Positions 41,205 through 52,825 of a DNA stretch of 64,000 nucleotides are shown piece after piece. The notes beneath the pieces were generated by a model that ran no database searches, was not told the DNA's origin, and was given only the letters and a program-made list of their open reading frames with translations. Position 1 is the stretch's first letter; each line of letters starts with the position of its first letter. The DNA comes from Spirochaetia bacterium (lineage in GTDB: Bacteria > Spirochaetota > Spirochaetia > SZUA-6 > Bin103): the NCBI GenBank assembly GCA_965208575.1, contig CBDBOV010000006.1:736001-800000 (forward strand), written 5' to 3'. Both the position numbers and the translations under genes were made by a program.

Positions 41205-42041
41205 ATGGGACGACTGCAAGACAAGGTGGCGCTGATAACCGGCGCGGCGCGCGGCCACGCGCAGGCAATGGCCAGGCGGTTCGCCGCCGAGGGCGCGCTG
41301 CTGGCGATCTGCGACCTGTGCCCGCCCGAGGCACTGGACGCGACCACCGGCGCGCAGGTGCGGGAGGCGGGCAGCCGCGCGCTGTGCTTCCAGACCGACG
41401 TGTCGGACGAACAGCAGGTGAACGAGATGGTGGCGCGCACGCTCGCCGAGTACGGCCACATCGACATCGTTGCGCCGGTGGTCGGCATCGCCGGGCCGAC
41501 CAAGGATCTGTGGGACCTGTCGCTGGCCGAGTGGAAGCAGGTGCTGGCGGTCAATCTCGACTCGATCTTCCTGTGCTGCAAGGCGGCGCTGCCATCGATG
41601 ATCGAACGGCGGCGCGGCCGGATCATCATGTTCAGTTCGCCGACCGGCAAGCAGCCGCTGGCGCATCGCTCGTCCTATGCCACCAGCAAAATGGCGGTGA
41701 TCGGGCTTACCCGCACGCTGGCGGCCGAGGTGGGCCGCTACAACATCACCGTCAACGCGATCTGCCCCGGCGGCCACTCCGCGCGCGACCACGAACTTGC
41801 CAAGGCATTCGCGGAGTACGTCGGCGAGCCGTTCGACGAGAATACCTACGTCAACTACCGGCCCGGCCCCAAGCCGGCCAACAAGGTGCTGGCCGGCCAC
41901 TGGCTGCAGGCCGAGGGCTTCGTACAGGACCACGGCACCTCCGACGATGCCGCCGCCATGGCGGTGTTCATCGCCTCCGACGAGGCCGGCAGCTTCACCG
42001 GCCAGGACGTCAACACCCCCGGCGGCTATGTCATGTGGTAG
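41205..42041 (+). CDS. SDR-family oxidoreductase
   Basis: ITGAARG, YATSK, VNAICPG, FTGQ. Confidence 0.9.
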   Translation: MGRLQDKVALITGAARGHAQAMARRFAAEGALLAICDLCPPEALDATTGAQVREAGSRALCFQTDVSDEQQVNEMVARTLAEYGHIDIVAPVVGIAGPTKDLWDLSLAEWKQVLAVNLDSIFLCCKAALPSMIERRRGRIIMFSSPTGKQPLAHRSSYATSKMAVIGLTRTLAAEVGRYNITVNAICPGGHSARDHELAKAFAEYVGEPFDENTYVNYRPGPKPANKVLAGHWLQAEGFVQDHGTSDDAAAMAVFIASDEAGSFTGQDVNTPGGYVMW

Positions 42042-42068
42042 TGCCTCTTGCCGGGGCGTCCCTTTGGT

Positions 42069-43001
42069 TTATTTCCGTTTCCTGGTCGCAGCGCCGTAAC
42101 TGCCCTCACCCCCTCGCAGCCGCGGGTCGAGCAGGTCCCGCACCGCGTCGCCGAACATGTTGAGGCAGTACACCGTCACCGTCAGGAACAGCCCCGGCCA
42201 CATCGCCAGCCGCGGCGCCACCTCCATGAACTCACGCCCTTCCCGGCTGAGCAGACCTCCCCAACTGGGAACCTCTACTGGCAGACCGAATCCCAGGAAG
42301 CTCAAGCTGGCCTCACTCATAATCACCCCTCCGACGCTGATGCTGAAGATGATGATCAAGACAGGCATGATATTGGGCAGGACGTGGCGCATCAGTGTCG
42401 CGGTGCCGCCGCTGCCAATTGCCGGGGCCGCCAGGAAATAGTCGTTCTCCTTGATGCCGATAACCGCGGACCTGACTATTCTCGAGCTGCCGATGCCTCC
42501 TGTTATCCCCAGGACCAGTATTATCTGCAACACACCGCGCCCCGTTATGGACATCACGGTCAACAAGATGAGCAGCCCGGGGAAGGCCATCCAGGCATCG
42601 ACAAATCTCTGCACAGCCAGGTCCAATTTGCCACCAAGGAATCCTGAGATGCCGCCTATCAGGGTAGCGACCACCACATTGATAGCGGTCGCCGCCAGAC
42701 CGACAAATATGGAAAGACGAGCCCCTGCGATGATGCGGCTCAAGAGGTCTCTCCCCAACTGGTCGGTGCCCAGCAGATACCGGGCTGATGAGCCCTGCAG
42801 CCTGTCTGCGAGGTGCATTTCCGCGTGTGGATAGGGTGCCAGAGCATCGGCAAAGATGCTGACGAGAATCAGTATCAATATGATGATCCCGCTGACCGTA
42901 CCGAGCGGCTTCTCCTTGACCATTCTGATAGAGAAATCGGCCAGTTGGGAACGTCTCTTTGCTGCGATTGCTGCTGATGGTAGCCCGACTGCGTCGCTCA
43001 C
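42069..43001 (-). CDS. Peptide ABC permease, DppC type (cassette B)
   Basis: LLGTDQLGRD, DLLDPRLRG. Confidence 0.92.
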   Translation of the reverse strand: MSDAVGLPSAAIAAKRRSQLADFSIRMVKEKPLGTVSGIIILILILVSIFADALAPYPHAEMHLADRLQGSSARYLLGTDQLGRDLLSRIIAGARLSIFVGLAATAINVVVATLIGGISGFLGGKLDLAVQRFVDAWMAFPGLLILLTVMSITGRGVLQIILVLGITGGIGSSRIVRSAVIGIKENDYFLAAPAIGSGGTATLMRHVLPNIMPVLIIIFSISVGGVIMSEASLSFLGFGLPVEVPSWGGLLSREGREFMEVAPRLAMWPGLFLTVTVYCLNMFGDAVRDLLDPRLRGGEGSYGAATRKRK

Positions 43002-43010
43002 ATGCCCTCT

Positions 43011-44024
43011 CTAACTGTAGCGGACCCTGGGGTCCAAATAGAAATAGACCACATCGATGGCCAGGTTGACTGCCAAGACCCCGGTGGCGAAAAACAGATT
43101 CACTCCGGAGACCACCGGGTAGTCTCGCTCGGTGAGGGCGAACACCATGAGGCGACCTATCCCGGGCAGGTTGAATATGGTCTCCATGATGACGGAGCCA
43201 CCTATCAGGATAGGCAACTGCAGACCTATCAAGGTAACCACCGGGATGAGGGCATTCTTGATGGCGTGCCGCACAATAACGACCCTCTCCTTGAGCCCCT
43301 TGGACCAGGCGGTCCTGATATAGTCTTGCCTGAGCACCTCCAGCATCATGGTGCGGGTCAAGCGCATGGTCGCTGCGGCCGAGGCAGTCCCCAGAATCAG
43401 GCTGGGAACGAATAACCCGGCGAGACTTCCCAGTGGGTCTTCGATAAAAGGAATGTATTCCAGAGGGGGCGCCCAGCCCCACCATATTACGGGGAAGATC
43501 ATGACCATCAGGGCCAGCCAGAAGTTCGGCGTAGCCAGGCCGATGACGGCCGCGGTGCGCCCCAGGTAGTCGGCGGCGGTATCCTGGCGAATCGCCGAGT
43601 AGATGCCGACGGGCAGTGCTATCACGAGCCCGATGACCACCGCCATGATGCCAAGCTGAATGGTCACCGGCAATCTACCGAATATCTCCTGTTCTACCGT
43701 CACATGCGAGGTGACCAGTGATTCGCCAAGGGTGCCCTGGAGGAGACCTCTGAAGTGGGACTCACCGGTAATCCAGTCAGGGGTCGGCAACACTCCCATC
43801 CAGCGTCCGTACTGCACGTGGGCAGGCACGTCCAGTCCCAGCAAACGCTCCATGGCTTCACGGTCAATCGTGTCCATTCCTCCGAACCCTGAGATTTCCG
43901 CATTCAGCGCCATCATGTCTACCACGTTGCCCGGCAGGAAGCGGACCAAGAGAAAGACCAGAGTGGTCAATATCCACAAGGTAGGGATTATGAGCAGTAA
44001 CCGCCTGATGATATAGGCTCGCAT
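43011..44024 (-). CDS. Peptide ABC permease, DppB type (cassette B)
   Basis: EVLRQDYIRTAWSKGL; GVLPTPDWITGESHF insert. Confidence 0.92.
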   Translation of the reverse strand: MRAYIIRRLLLIIPTLWILTTLVFLLVRFLPGNVVDMMALNAEISGFGGMDTIDREAMERLLGLDVPAHVQYGRWMGVLPTPDWITGESHFRGLLQGTLGESLVTSHVTVEQEIFGRLPVTIQLGIMAVVIGLVIALPVGIYSAIRQDTAADYLGRTAAVIGLATPNFWLALMVMIFPVIWWGWAPPLEYIPFIEDPLGSLAGLFVPSLILGTASAAATMRLTRTMMLEVLRQDYIRTAWSKGLKERVVIVRHAIKNALIPVVTLIGLQLPILIGGSVIMETIFNLPGIGRLMVFALTERDYPVVSGVNLFFATGVLAVNLAIDVVYFYLDPRVRYS

Positions 44025-44109
44025 GTGGCAGGTCGCGCCCTTCTACACAGCGTTTGTGGAAGCGGGAGGCGCGCCTGCAGCGACCGCCTCCCGGCCCCCT
44101 TTTTCTGCC

Positions 44110-45936
44110 CTAAAAACCCATTGCTTCCTTCATCTCCTGGTCAATCCAGATGCGGGCTAAGTGTTTGTGTCCCTCGGAATAAGATCCCAGTTCGCCGTTA
44201 TAACCTTTGACCCACGGCTGCGTTGCCTGGTACTGGGGGGTTTCAGGCCCCACTATCTTGAAATGCTGTTCTGTGATGTACATGTTTATTTCTTTTGCCA
44301 GCCTATGCATCTCCTCGATGGTGGTAGCGGCCATGACGGCGTCAGCCATGGCGTCATATTTGGGGTCGTTCAAGTGGCCGGTGCTGAGATTGCCTTTATA
44401 GAATTGATTTGTCAGACGGTCGGGGATACCATACCTGAAGGCCGCTTCCCCCCAACGAATTATGTACCTGTCCTGATCTGGATCATTATACATCGCGGTG
44501 ACTTCGGCTGACCCACCAGCCAAGACATCAGTCTGCGTGTCCACGCCAATCTCGCGCCAGTATCCGGCGACCAATTGCGCATAGCTCACATCGTACCGTT
44601 CGAAGTAGCCCATGCTCATCGTGAACCTGATACCGTCGGCGCCGCGCGGATAACCGGCCGCATCAAGCAACGCTTCGGCTCCCTCCGGGTCATACCTGTA
44701 GGTTTTCTTGACCGCTTCGGGCCACTCCTCGAATGGCGTGCCAATGCCCGGCACATCATTGGCGAAATGTCCCTGCGGAGTCGCATCGCCATAACCCTTG
44801 AAGTAGGTAGCTACAATGGTCTCGAGGTCCAGTGCCATCTGCAGTGCCTGGCGCACGCGGAGGTCATTCAAGGGCGGTATGTCCATACGGACGATATAGA
44901 ATGCGTTATCGGACCGAAACTTGAACGACCACAGCTTGATTTCCGGGTCGGTCCGCTGCAGGCTCTCTATCTGGTCGATCGACCTTAATGTACTGGCGCC
45001 GGGACCTAGCATATCAACCTTACCCGTGCGCAGAGCCGCGAGACGGGTTGCTGACTCCGCCATCCGCAAGGCCCTTATCTCGTCAGCATAGGGCAGACGG
45101 TTCTCCGGGTATTTTTCGTCGAACCCCCAGTAGTTGGGAGTCTTGGTCCAGGTCCTGGAGCTACCTTCGACCACCTCCGTCAGCTCATAGGGTCCGGTGC
45201 CGACCGTGTTCCGCCAATCCTGATAGTCGCCGTGTTGCTCGATGACCTCCGGAGGCATTACCGTAGCCGATCCACCCCAGCCGTAGCCGATAAAGAGTTT
45301 CACGGCGCTGAGGTTTGGCCTCTCCAGCTTGACGACCATCGTATACTTGTCGGTGGCCGTTACCGATTCGATCGGCAAAGCTACGAGGTTACGTGCCGCT
45401 GGGGTAGGTTCGGCTTCACTGAACGCGGTCCCTGCCAACTTGTTCCCCAAATAGCGGTGAAAGTTGTATTCTACGTCCTCGGCGGTGAGCTCCCGGCCGT
45501 TCATCGGCGCCTTGTCATGCCAGTGAACGCCCCTGCGGATGTTGAAGATAATGGTGGTATCGTCGGGCGTTTCCCAGCTTTCCGCCAGTGCCCCTCCTAT
45601 GGCCCATGCAGGTGTCTCTGCGAAGATCCGCCAGTTCCAGACGTCCCTGTCGTTTCCCCAGTCCCACATGGCGAGCTGCTCGTTAACCAAGCCGGTGCTG
45701 TCTTTCGCGTGGCCGTACCAGTCATCAACGTTGGTGCCCCAACTGACCAGGCCGTAGGTTAGTGTCCCGCCATACCGCGGCGCCTCCACCATCTCGCCGG
45801 TGGTCGGGTCGAGCACCATTTCCTTCTCGGCGGCGGCTGCCGGCTCCTCGTCTGCGCCCGCGGCCCAGAGGCCGGTTGCGGTCAGAACCAGGACCACCGC
45901 AACCGCGAAGGTCCTCGCAACTTGTACAATAAGCAT
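44110..45936 (-). CDS. Family 5 substrate-binding protein (cassette B)
   Basis: Same motifs as the paralogs; GGAG RBS before ATG 45936. Confidence 0.92.
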   Translation of the reverse strand: MLIVQVARTFAVAVVLVLTATGLWAAGADEEPAAAAEKEMVLDPTTGEMVEAPRYGGTLTYGLVSWGTNVDDWYGHAKDSTGLVNEQLAMWDWGNDRDVWNWRIFAETPAWAIGGALAESWETPDDTTIIFNIRRGVHWHDKAPMNGRELTAEDVEYNFHRYLGNKLAGTAFSEAEPTPAARNLVALPIESVTATDKYTMVVKLERPNLSAVKLFIGYGWGGSATVMPPEVIEQHGDYQDWRNTVGTGPYELTEVVEGSSRTWTKTPNYWGFDEKYPENRLPYADEIRALRMAESATRLAALRTGKVDMLGPGASTLRSIDQIESLQRTDPEIKLWSFKFRSDNAFYIVRMDIPPLNDLRVRQALQMALDLETIVATYFKGYGDATPQGHFANDVPGIGTPFEEWPEAVKKTYRYDPEGAEALLDAAGYPRGADGIRFTMSMGYFERYDVSYAQLVAGYWREIGVDTQTDVLAGGSAEVTAMYNDPDQDRYIIRWGEAAFRYGIPDRLTNQFYKGNLSTGHLNDPKYDAMADAVMAATTIEEMHRLAKEINMYITEQHFKIVGPETPQYQATQPWVKGYNGELGSYSEGHKHLARIWIDQEMKEAMGF

Positions 45937-46127
45937 GCGTAACTCCATATATGGATTTCTTGAGAGTATTACGAAGCGACTTGTCGCTCCCTGGCTACTC
46001 TCACGCCGGCAACGCAGGCGGCCAGTCAGAGTCCAACTCACTAACAGCGCGCGGCGGGTGACTCACCGGGTTCACCCGGGCTCACGCCGCGCGCGCGTGC
46101 GGTTCTTTCAGTATCATCCTGCACCCT
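45937..46127 (-). promoter_or_regulatory. Conserved structured 5' leader of SBP gene, copy B
   Basis: Homologous to 34547-34735. Confidence 0.6.
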
Positions 46128-46426
46128 TGGGGTGAGGCCGCCGTAGGAGGCGGCGCAAGGTCACGCCGGGGGCGCCAGTATCGCGAGGCGTCTCGGGACC
46201 GGCTCGGCGACTCGAAAGGGCCGGCGCCACCAATAGCTGCGGCGACTGCGGCGGTGGTAAACGCGACGGCGTGCGCGGGGCTGCGCACGCCGCGGTCATC
46301 CGGAGCGGGTAGCTGTTTCTCGTATAAAGAGTTACGGGGGGGCTGATGCTTCACTGCGAGCCGGCAACGGCGCTGACTATCTTTCCGGCACGATGCGCCC
46401 ATCTATCAATTGCCCCAGTCAACCGT

Positions 46427-46455
46427 ATGCTCACACGCGCAGGCAAACTTGTCAA
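46427..46455 (-). promoter_or_regulatory. Putative sigma70 promoter facing the SBP operon
   Basis: TTGACA-N17-GAGCAT, conserved at 55905-55933. Confidence 0.45.
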
Positions 46456-46562
46456 CCGCCCACCCGTCCCGGCCGTCGCGGTCCGCCTGCCGTGGAGAAG
46501 ACTCTTGTATGCCAATATCTTCTGCGATAATCTGAGGGAGATTTCCGTATAGGAGAGTTATC

Positions 46563-47786
46563 CTGAATCTGATCCCGCGACCCCTGTACACCGAGCGCAT
46601 CCTGCCGTTCATGAACAAGCCGCTCATCAAGGTGATTACGGGAGTCAGGCGAGCCGGCAAGAGCGCGCTCATTCAACTGCTGATCGACCACCTCACCGCG
46701 GGCGGCGTCCCGGCCGAGAACATTCTGAGCATCAACATGGAATCGCTGGAGTTCGAGGCGCTCGGCGACTACCGGAAACTCTACGACCATGTCCGCCGCC
46801 ACCTGCCGGACACCACGGAGTCCTACCTGTTCGTGGATGAGGTGCAAAACGTCGTCGGGTGGGAGCGGGCGATCGCGTCGGTTCTCGCCGATGGGTTGGC
46901 GGACGTCACGATCAGTGGGTCGAACGCGCGGCTACTGTCGTCGGATCTTGCCACCCGGCTCACGGGGCGGTACGTCGAGATTCCGGTGTATCCGTTGCTG
47001 TTCTCGGAGTTCATCCGATTCCAGGGAATAGAACCGAGCTCACCCGATGTTCGGGGGGCCTGGGACCGCTTCCTGCGCTATGGCGGGTTCCCGGGCATTC
47101 GCTACTTGAGCCTGGAGGATGAGCCGGTATTCGCCTACCTCAACTCGCTCTACCATACGATCGTGCTGAAGGACGTGGTCAATCGGCACCAAGTCAGAGA
47201 GCCGGCCCAGCTCGATGGCATTACGCGCTTTCTGTTCGACAACTGCGGCAACATCACCACGGCCAAGCGCATGACCGACTACATGAAGGCGCAGGGGCTG
47301 AGCGTATCCCTGTCGCGCGTGCAGAACTACCTCTCCTACCTGGAGGAGGCGTTCCTGGTATTCCGCTGCCGGCGGTACGACCTGAAGGGCATGCGCCACC
47401 TGGAACTGTACGACAAGTTCTACATGACCGACATCGGCATCCGGCACGGCCTGGTTGGCTACCGGGACAACGACCTTGCCGGGTTGCTCGAGAACGTGGT
47501 CTACCTGGAACTGCGCGCCCGTGGATACACGGTCAGCGTCGGCAAGTTCCGGGACTACGAGATCGACTTCGTCGCCGAGCGGCGGACCGAACGACTCTAC
47601 GTCCAGGTGTGCTACTCGCTGTCGAGTGAGGAGACGGTCGAGCGGGAGTACCGGTCACTCAGGCGGGTGCCCGATAACCATCCCAAGCTGGTCCTGTCAC
47701 TCGATACCGTGCAGCCGGCCAACCGTGGCGGCATTCGATGGCAGAATCTTGTCGATTTCCTGCTCAAGAACCCTCCGGTCGGGTGA
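46563..47786 (+). CDS. AAA_14 ATPase with DUF4143-type C-terminus
   Basis: ITGVRRAGKS, FVDEVQ, SGSN, YGGFPG, KFY..DIG, LENVVYLEL, EIDF; first ATG at 46611, probable CTG start at 46563. Confidence 0.85.
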   Translation: MNLIPRPLYTERILPFMNKPLIKVITGVRRAGKSALIQLLIDHLTAGGVPAENILSINMESLEFEALGDYRKLYDHVRRHLPDTTESYLFVDEVQNVVGWERAIASVLADGLADVTISGSNARLLSSDLATRLTGRYVEIPVYPLLFSEFIRFQGIEPSSPDVRGAWDRFLRYGGFPGIRYLSLEDEPVFAYLNSLYHTIVLKDVVNRHQVREPAQLDGITRFLFDNCGNITTAKRMTDYMKAQGLSVSLSRVQNYLSYLEEAFLVFRCRRYDLKGMRHLELYDKFYMTDIGIRHGLVGYRDNDLAGLLENVVYLELRARGYTVSVGKFRDYEIDFVAERRTERLYVQVCYSLSSEETVEREYRSLRRVPDNHPKLVLSLDTVQPANRGGIRWQNLVDFLLKNPPVG

Positions 47787-47814
47787 GACGACGCCGCTGG
47801 AGGTCCTCGGGGTT

Positions 47815-47844
47815 TTGACCAGTGAGCCGCGTCCCTGCTACTGT
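47815..47844 (+). promoter_or_regulatory. Putative extended -10 promoter (leaderless mRNA)
   Basis: TTGACC-N18-TACTGT with TG at the extended position; ATG follows after 7 nt; retained in the duplicate at about 55980-56009. Confidence 0.5.
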
Positions 47845-47851
47845 GGTTGGC

Positions 47852-48418
47852 ATGAACTCATCCAACGAGCAGATTGTCTTTGCAGACAGCTTCGCCGGCG
47901 AACTGGGAGAAGGCTGGTCGTGGCTGCGGGAGAACCCGGACTGTTGGCGCATCAAGGATGGCGGCGTGGAGATTCGCGTCGAGCCCGGTGTGGCGGAGAC
48001 CGTCAGGAATGCGCTGGTGCGGCAGGCGCCGGACCGTAGCCAGGGCACATTCGCCATCGAAGTGACGATTACCAACCACGCTCTCCCCACCCAACAGTAC
48101 GAGCAGGCGGGCATCACCTGGTACAACGACGGCACACCGGTGTTCAAGGAGGTCAAGGAACTTATCGATGGCGAACTCTACGTCATCCCCGGCAAGCAGC
48201 CGATGCCGACCAGGAGCGTCCGACTGCGCCTGCTGGTTACCGCGGATACCTGGGAGGCCCAGTATCGCCCGCACGGCGACACCGAGTTCCAGACCGCCGC
48301 GACCGGCGAACTTCCGCCGCCAGCCAACGACCAGGTGAGCATCCAGTGCTACAACGGCCCGGCGGATGAAGAGCATTGGATTCGCTTCGAGAACTTCTGC
48401 GTCAAGCGACTATCGTAA
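47852..48418 (+). CDS. Concanavalin A-like beta-sandwich protein (DUF1349/beta-xylosidase C-terminal-like)
   Basis: F...L..GWSWLRE, QYEQAGI, F.NF ending. Confidence 0.6.
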   Translation: MNSSNEQIVFADSFAGELGEGWSWLRENPDCWRIKDGGVEIRVEPGVAETVRNALVRQAPDRSQGTFAIEVTITNHALPTQQYEQAGITWYNDGTPVFKEVKELIDGELYVIPGKQPMPTRSVRLRLLVTADTWEAQYRPHGDTEFQTAATGELPPPANDQVSIQCYNGPADEEHWIRFENFCVKRLS

Positions 48419-48467
48419 CAGTGTTCACCGTCGGCTCCCGCAAGCTGCCGGAGTGCCCTGAACTGTC

Positions 48468-49883
<1,416 letters not shown>

Positions 49884-49969
49884 AAGTGATCGACGTACTG
49901 ACCGTGGCTGCCTGACTGCCCTTCAACCGGGGCTTCGGCGTTGTCCCGAGCAGGGGGGAGGGTGCGCGG

Positions 49970-51763
49970 TCAGCGCCGCACCTCGTCGCAGAACACCAGC
50001 TCCCAGCCGTGGAACACCACGACCAGGCCGATGAAGGTCACCCCCGGAAACTGCCGCGCCAGCCGCTCATCCGCCAGGTAGCGCTCGAGCTGCGCCGTCG
50101 CCTCTCCGGCCGCCGCCGCCACGCCGGCGTCGTCCGCCGGCCCGCTGCGCTGCAAGCGCCCACGCCGCTTGAGGTACTTGAGCTCGATCAGGTAGCCGCG
50201 CTGCAGGTGCGGATAGCGCGCCACCAGCGGCTCGAGCGCGATGTCCGCGTGTCCCTTTCCCAGTTCCGCCTCCGACCGGAACACGTAGTGGTCGGTCACG
50301 CTCAGATAGGCGGCGAGGAATCCTAAAGCCCCGGTACGGGGCTCAAGCACCTTCTCGCCACTGATGTAGTCGCGTATTCCGGTCTGCCGGGAGATCGCCT
50401 CGCTCAGGAACTCCAGTACCGGTCGCCACCCGCCCTCGTTGGCCATCCGCATCATCAACTGCTCAAACCGGAACAGGTTTACTGAAAACACCCCCACGTC
50501 GCGGTAGGCGTCGCGCAGAAACCCGTACATCAGCCGCTTCACGGTCTGGTTCGGGATCGCCAGCCGGGGCACCCGCTCCACCACGTCGCGGATGCTCAGC
50601 AGTCCGAAGTAGTGCAGCAGGGAGAAGAAGTTCTCCTGCTTGGTGAGGTCCTTCAGCGGAAAGCCGGGCTGGATGCGGGTGTCCACCTGCTCCTCGCCGA
50701 TCAAGTCCCTCAGCAGGTCGAAGTTGCCGTTGAGCTGCCGCCCGGTCACCAGCAGGTGACGCAGCTTGCCGTAGTCGATGCGCACGTTGGTGTCGATCAG
50801 TTCATCCGGCACCTCTCGGTTGGGAATCGAGTTGTCCAGGTAATACAGCACCATGTCGGTGTTGTAGAGATCGGTCTCGGCTGCCTTGGCGAAGCGGTAG
50901 CCGTTGTACCATTCGCCCATGATGCCCATGGCGGTCTCGACCTTCTGGTTGAACACGCCCAGGCCGCGGTACGTGTCGACCAGGTGCCGGACCTCCGCCT
51001 CGGTGAAGCCGACCATCTCGTTGAAGTCCGGGTGCAGGCTGATGTTCTTGCCGATGTTGAAGCCGCTGGTGACGTCGTCCATCGTGATCGGCGATACGCC
51101 GGTGATGAACAGCCGTTCCAGCCCGCCGCCGCTGCGCCCCGCCCCGGACTTGAGGGTGGCGAAGAAGTTGCGATAGAAGCCGCCGCCGTGGGTGAACGAG
51201 TGGTACGCCTCGGCGCCGTGGTACGCCAGCACGGTGTTGGCGAAGTTGTCGTACTCGTCGATGATCACGTACAGCGGGATGTCGTGGTCGCCGGCGTACC
51301 GGAACAACACCCCGAGCTTGGCGCTAATGGAGGGCCGCGTGAGGATGCGCTGCACCGCCGCGTCGGGAAACAGGTCGGGATGCCGCTCCAGCGTCCCCTG
51401 CAGCTCCGTGTGGCAGTAGATCTCGAACTCCCGCTCCAGGGTTTCCAGCTTGTCGTTGACGGTTGAAAAGTCGAAGCGCAGGGTGACGTAGCGGCTCTGT
51501 TCCCCGGTCGGGTCTCCGCCGATGTCGGTGCCGGCGAAGGTGGCGTCGAAGCCTTCCGCCCAGAAGCGGTCGTAGTAGTTCTCCAAGATCGACGCCCAGA
51601 GGGACTTGCCGAAGCGGCGCGGGCGGATCAGGAAGGCGTAGCGCTCCTCCTCGAGGCGGCGCAGGAAGCGGGTCTTGTCGACGTACAGCCACCGGTTCAG
51701 GCGGATGCGCCTGAAGTCGGCCTCGCCGTAGGGAATGCGCGGGTGCGTGGGTGGCGTTCTCAC
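49970..51763 (-). CDS. AAA-ATPase-like + PD-(D/E)XK nuclease protein
   Basis: IPYG..DF, YVDKT, RPRRFGKSL, IIDEYDNFAN, FITGVSP, GHADI, IELKY. Confidence 0.88.
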   Translation of the reverse strand: MRTPPTHPRIPYGEADFRRIRLNRWLYVDKTRFLRRLEEERYAFLIRPRRFGKSLWASILENYYDRFWAEGFDATFAGTDIGGDPTGEQSRYVTLRFDFSTVNDKLETLEREFEIYCHTELQGTLERHPDLFPDAAVQRILTRPSISAKLGVLFRYAGDHDIPLYVIIDEYDNFANTVLAYHGAEAYHSFTHGGGFYRNFFATLKSGAGRSGGGLERLFITGVSPITMDDVTSGFNIGKNISLHPDFNEMVGFTEAEVRHLVDTYRGLGVFNQKVETAMGIMGEWYNGYRFAKAAETDLYNTDMVLYYLDNSIPNREVPDELIDTNVRIDYGKLRHLLVTGRQLNGNFDLLRDLIGEEQVDTRIQPGFPLKDLTKQENFFSLLHYFGLLSIRDVVERVPRLAIPNQTVKRLMYGFLRDAYRDVGVFSVNLFRFEQLMMRMANEGGWRPVLEFLSEAISRQTGIRDYISGEKVLEPRTGALGFLAAYLSVTDHYVFRSEAELGKGHADIALEPLVARYPHLQRGYLIELKYLKRRGRLQRSGPADDAGVAAAAGEATAQLERYLADERLARQFPGVTFIGLVVVFHGWELVFCDEVRR

Positions 51764-51916
51764 TGCCGAAGCCTGGGCACTGACTCTATCGTCTCCAAGG
51801 AGCGAGGTGCAATGGCGGCAATCGAGTCGGCACAGGAGAGAATCGTGTTCAGACCGTAGACTCCGATAGAGCTGATCGATCAGCGCCGCGTCGTGCCGCT
51901 GCCACGGTCAGCACAG

Positions 51917-52822
51917 TCACACGGCATCGGCGCCGAGACGACCGCCGCCACCGCGCAGCCGCGGGTCGAGCAGGTCTCTGAGGGCGTCACCCAACATGTT
52001 GAAACTGTACACCACGGTCGTCAGGCACAGCCCCGGCCAGAGCGCCAGCCAGGGGGCCTGCTCCATGTACTTGCGCCCTTCCCGGCTGAGCATGCCGCCC
52101 CAGTCAGGAATGCCCGGTGGCAGACCGTAGCCGAGGAAGCCCAGAGCAGCCAACGACATGATCACCCCGCCGATGTTGATCGAGAACACAATGATGACCG
52201 GTGCCATGATGTTGGGCAGGACATGGCGGCTCAGGATCTTGCTGGTGGGGGTGCCCACGGCCTGGGCCGCCAGAAAATAGTCGTTCTCCTTGATGCCGAT
52301 CACCGCGCTTCTCATGACCCTCGAGCCGCTGATGCCTCCGGCGATCCCCAGGACCACGATGATCTGGGGGAGACCCCTTCCCACAATGGACATGATGGTG
52401 AGCAAGAGCAACAATCCCGGAAACGCCATCCAGGCATCGACAAAGCGCTGCACCGCCAGATCCAATCTGCCCCCGAGAAATCCGGAAGTGCCGCCGACCA
52501 GGACAGCGACCACGATATTCAGCGCAGTCGCGGCCACACCGACGAGGACGGAGATACGAGCCCCGAAGATCAGCCGGCTGAGCAGGTCTCGTCCGGCCTG
52601 GTCGGTACCCAGAAGATACTGCGACGACGGGCCTGCAAGCCTGTCGACCAGGTGAATCTCCTTGTGGGAATAAGGCGCCAGCACGTCGGCAAAGATCGCC
52701 ACCAAGAGAAATATCACTATGATGATCCCGGACAACGTACCGAGCGGCTTCTCCTTGACAAGCCTGATCCCGAAATCAGCCAGCCGGGAACGTCTCCTTG
52801 GATCACCCATGCTCGCCGTCAT
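51917..52822 (-). CDS. Peptide ABC permease, DppC type (cassette C)
   Basis: LLGTDQAGRD, DLLDPRLRGGG; last codons clipped relative to paralogs (ADAV* versus ADAARSV*). Confidence 0.92.
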   Translation of the reverse strand: MTASMGDPRRRSRLADFGIRLVKEKPLGTLSGIIIVIFLLVAIFADVLAPYSHKEIHLVDRLAGPSSQYLLGTDQAGRDLLSRLIFGARISVLVGVAATALNIVVAVLVGGTSGFLGGRLDLAVQRFVDAWMAFPGLLLLLTIMSIVGRGLPQIIVVLGIAGGISGSRVMRSAVIGIKENDYFLAAQAVGTPTSKILSRHVLPNIMAPVIIVFSINIGGVIMSLAALGFLGYGLPPGIPDWGGMLSREGRKYMEQAPWLALWPGLCLTTVVYSFNMLGDALRDLLDPRLRGGGGRLGADAV

Positions 52823-52825
52823 CCG

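Noticed and set aside
46430-46460. CACACGCGCAGGCAAAC resembling the start of a c-di-GMP-I riboswitch
   Set aside because: No following GAAA loop or GACGCAAAG; better explained as a promoter spacer on the minus strand
51797-51860. AAGGAG/GAGG followed by the short ORF MAAIESAQERIVFRP*
   Set aside because: Possibly another gene stub, but too short to assign
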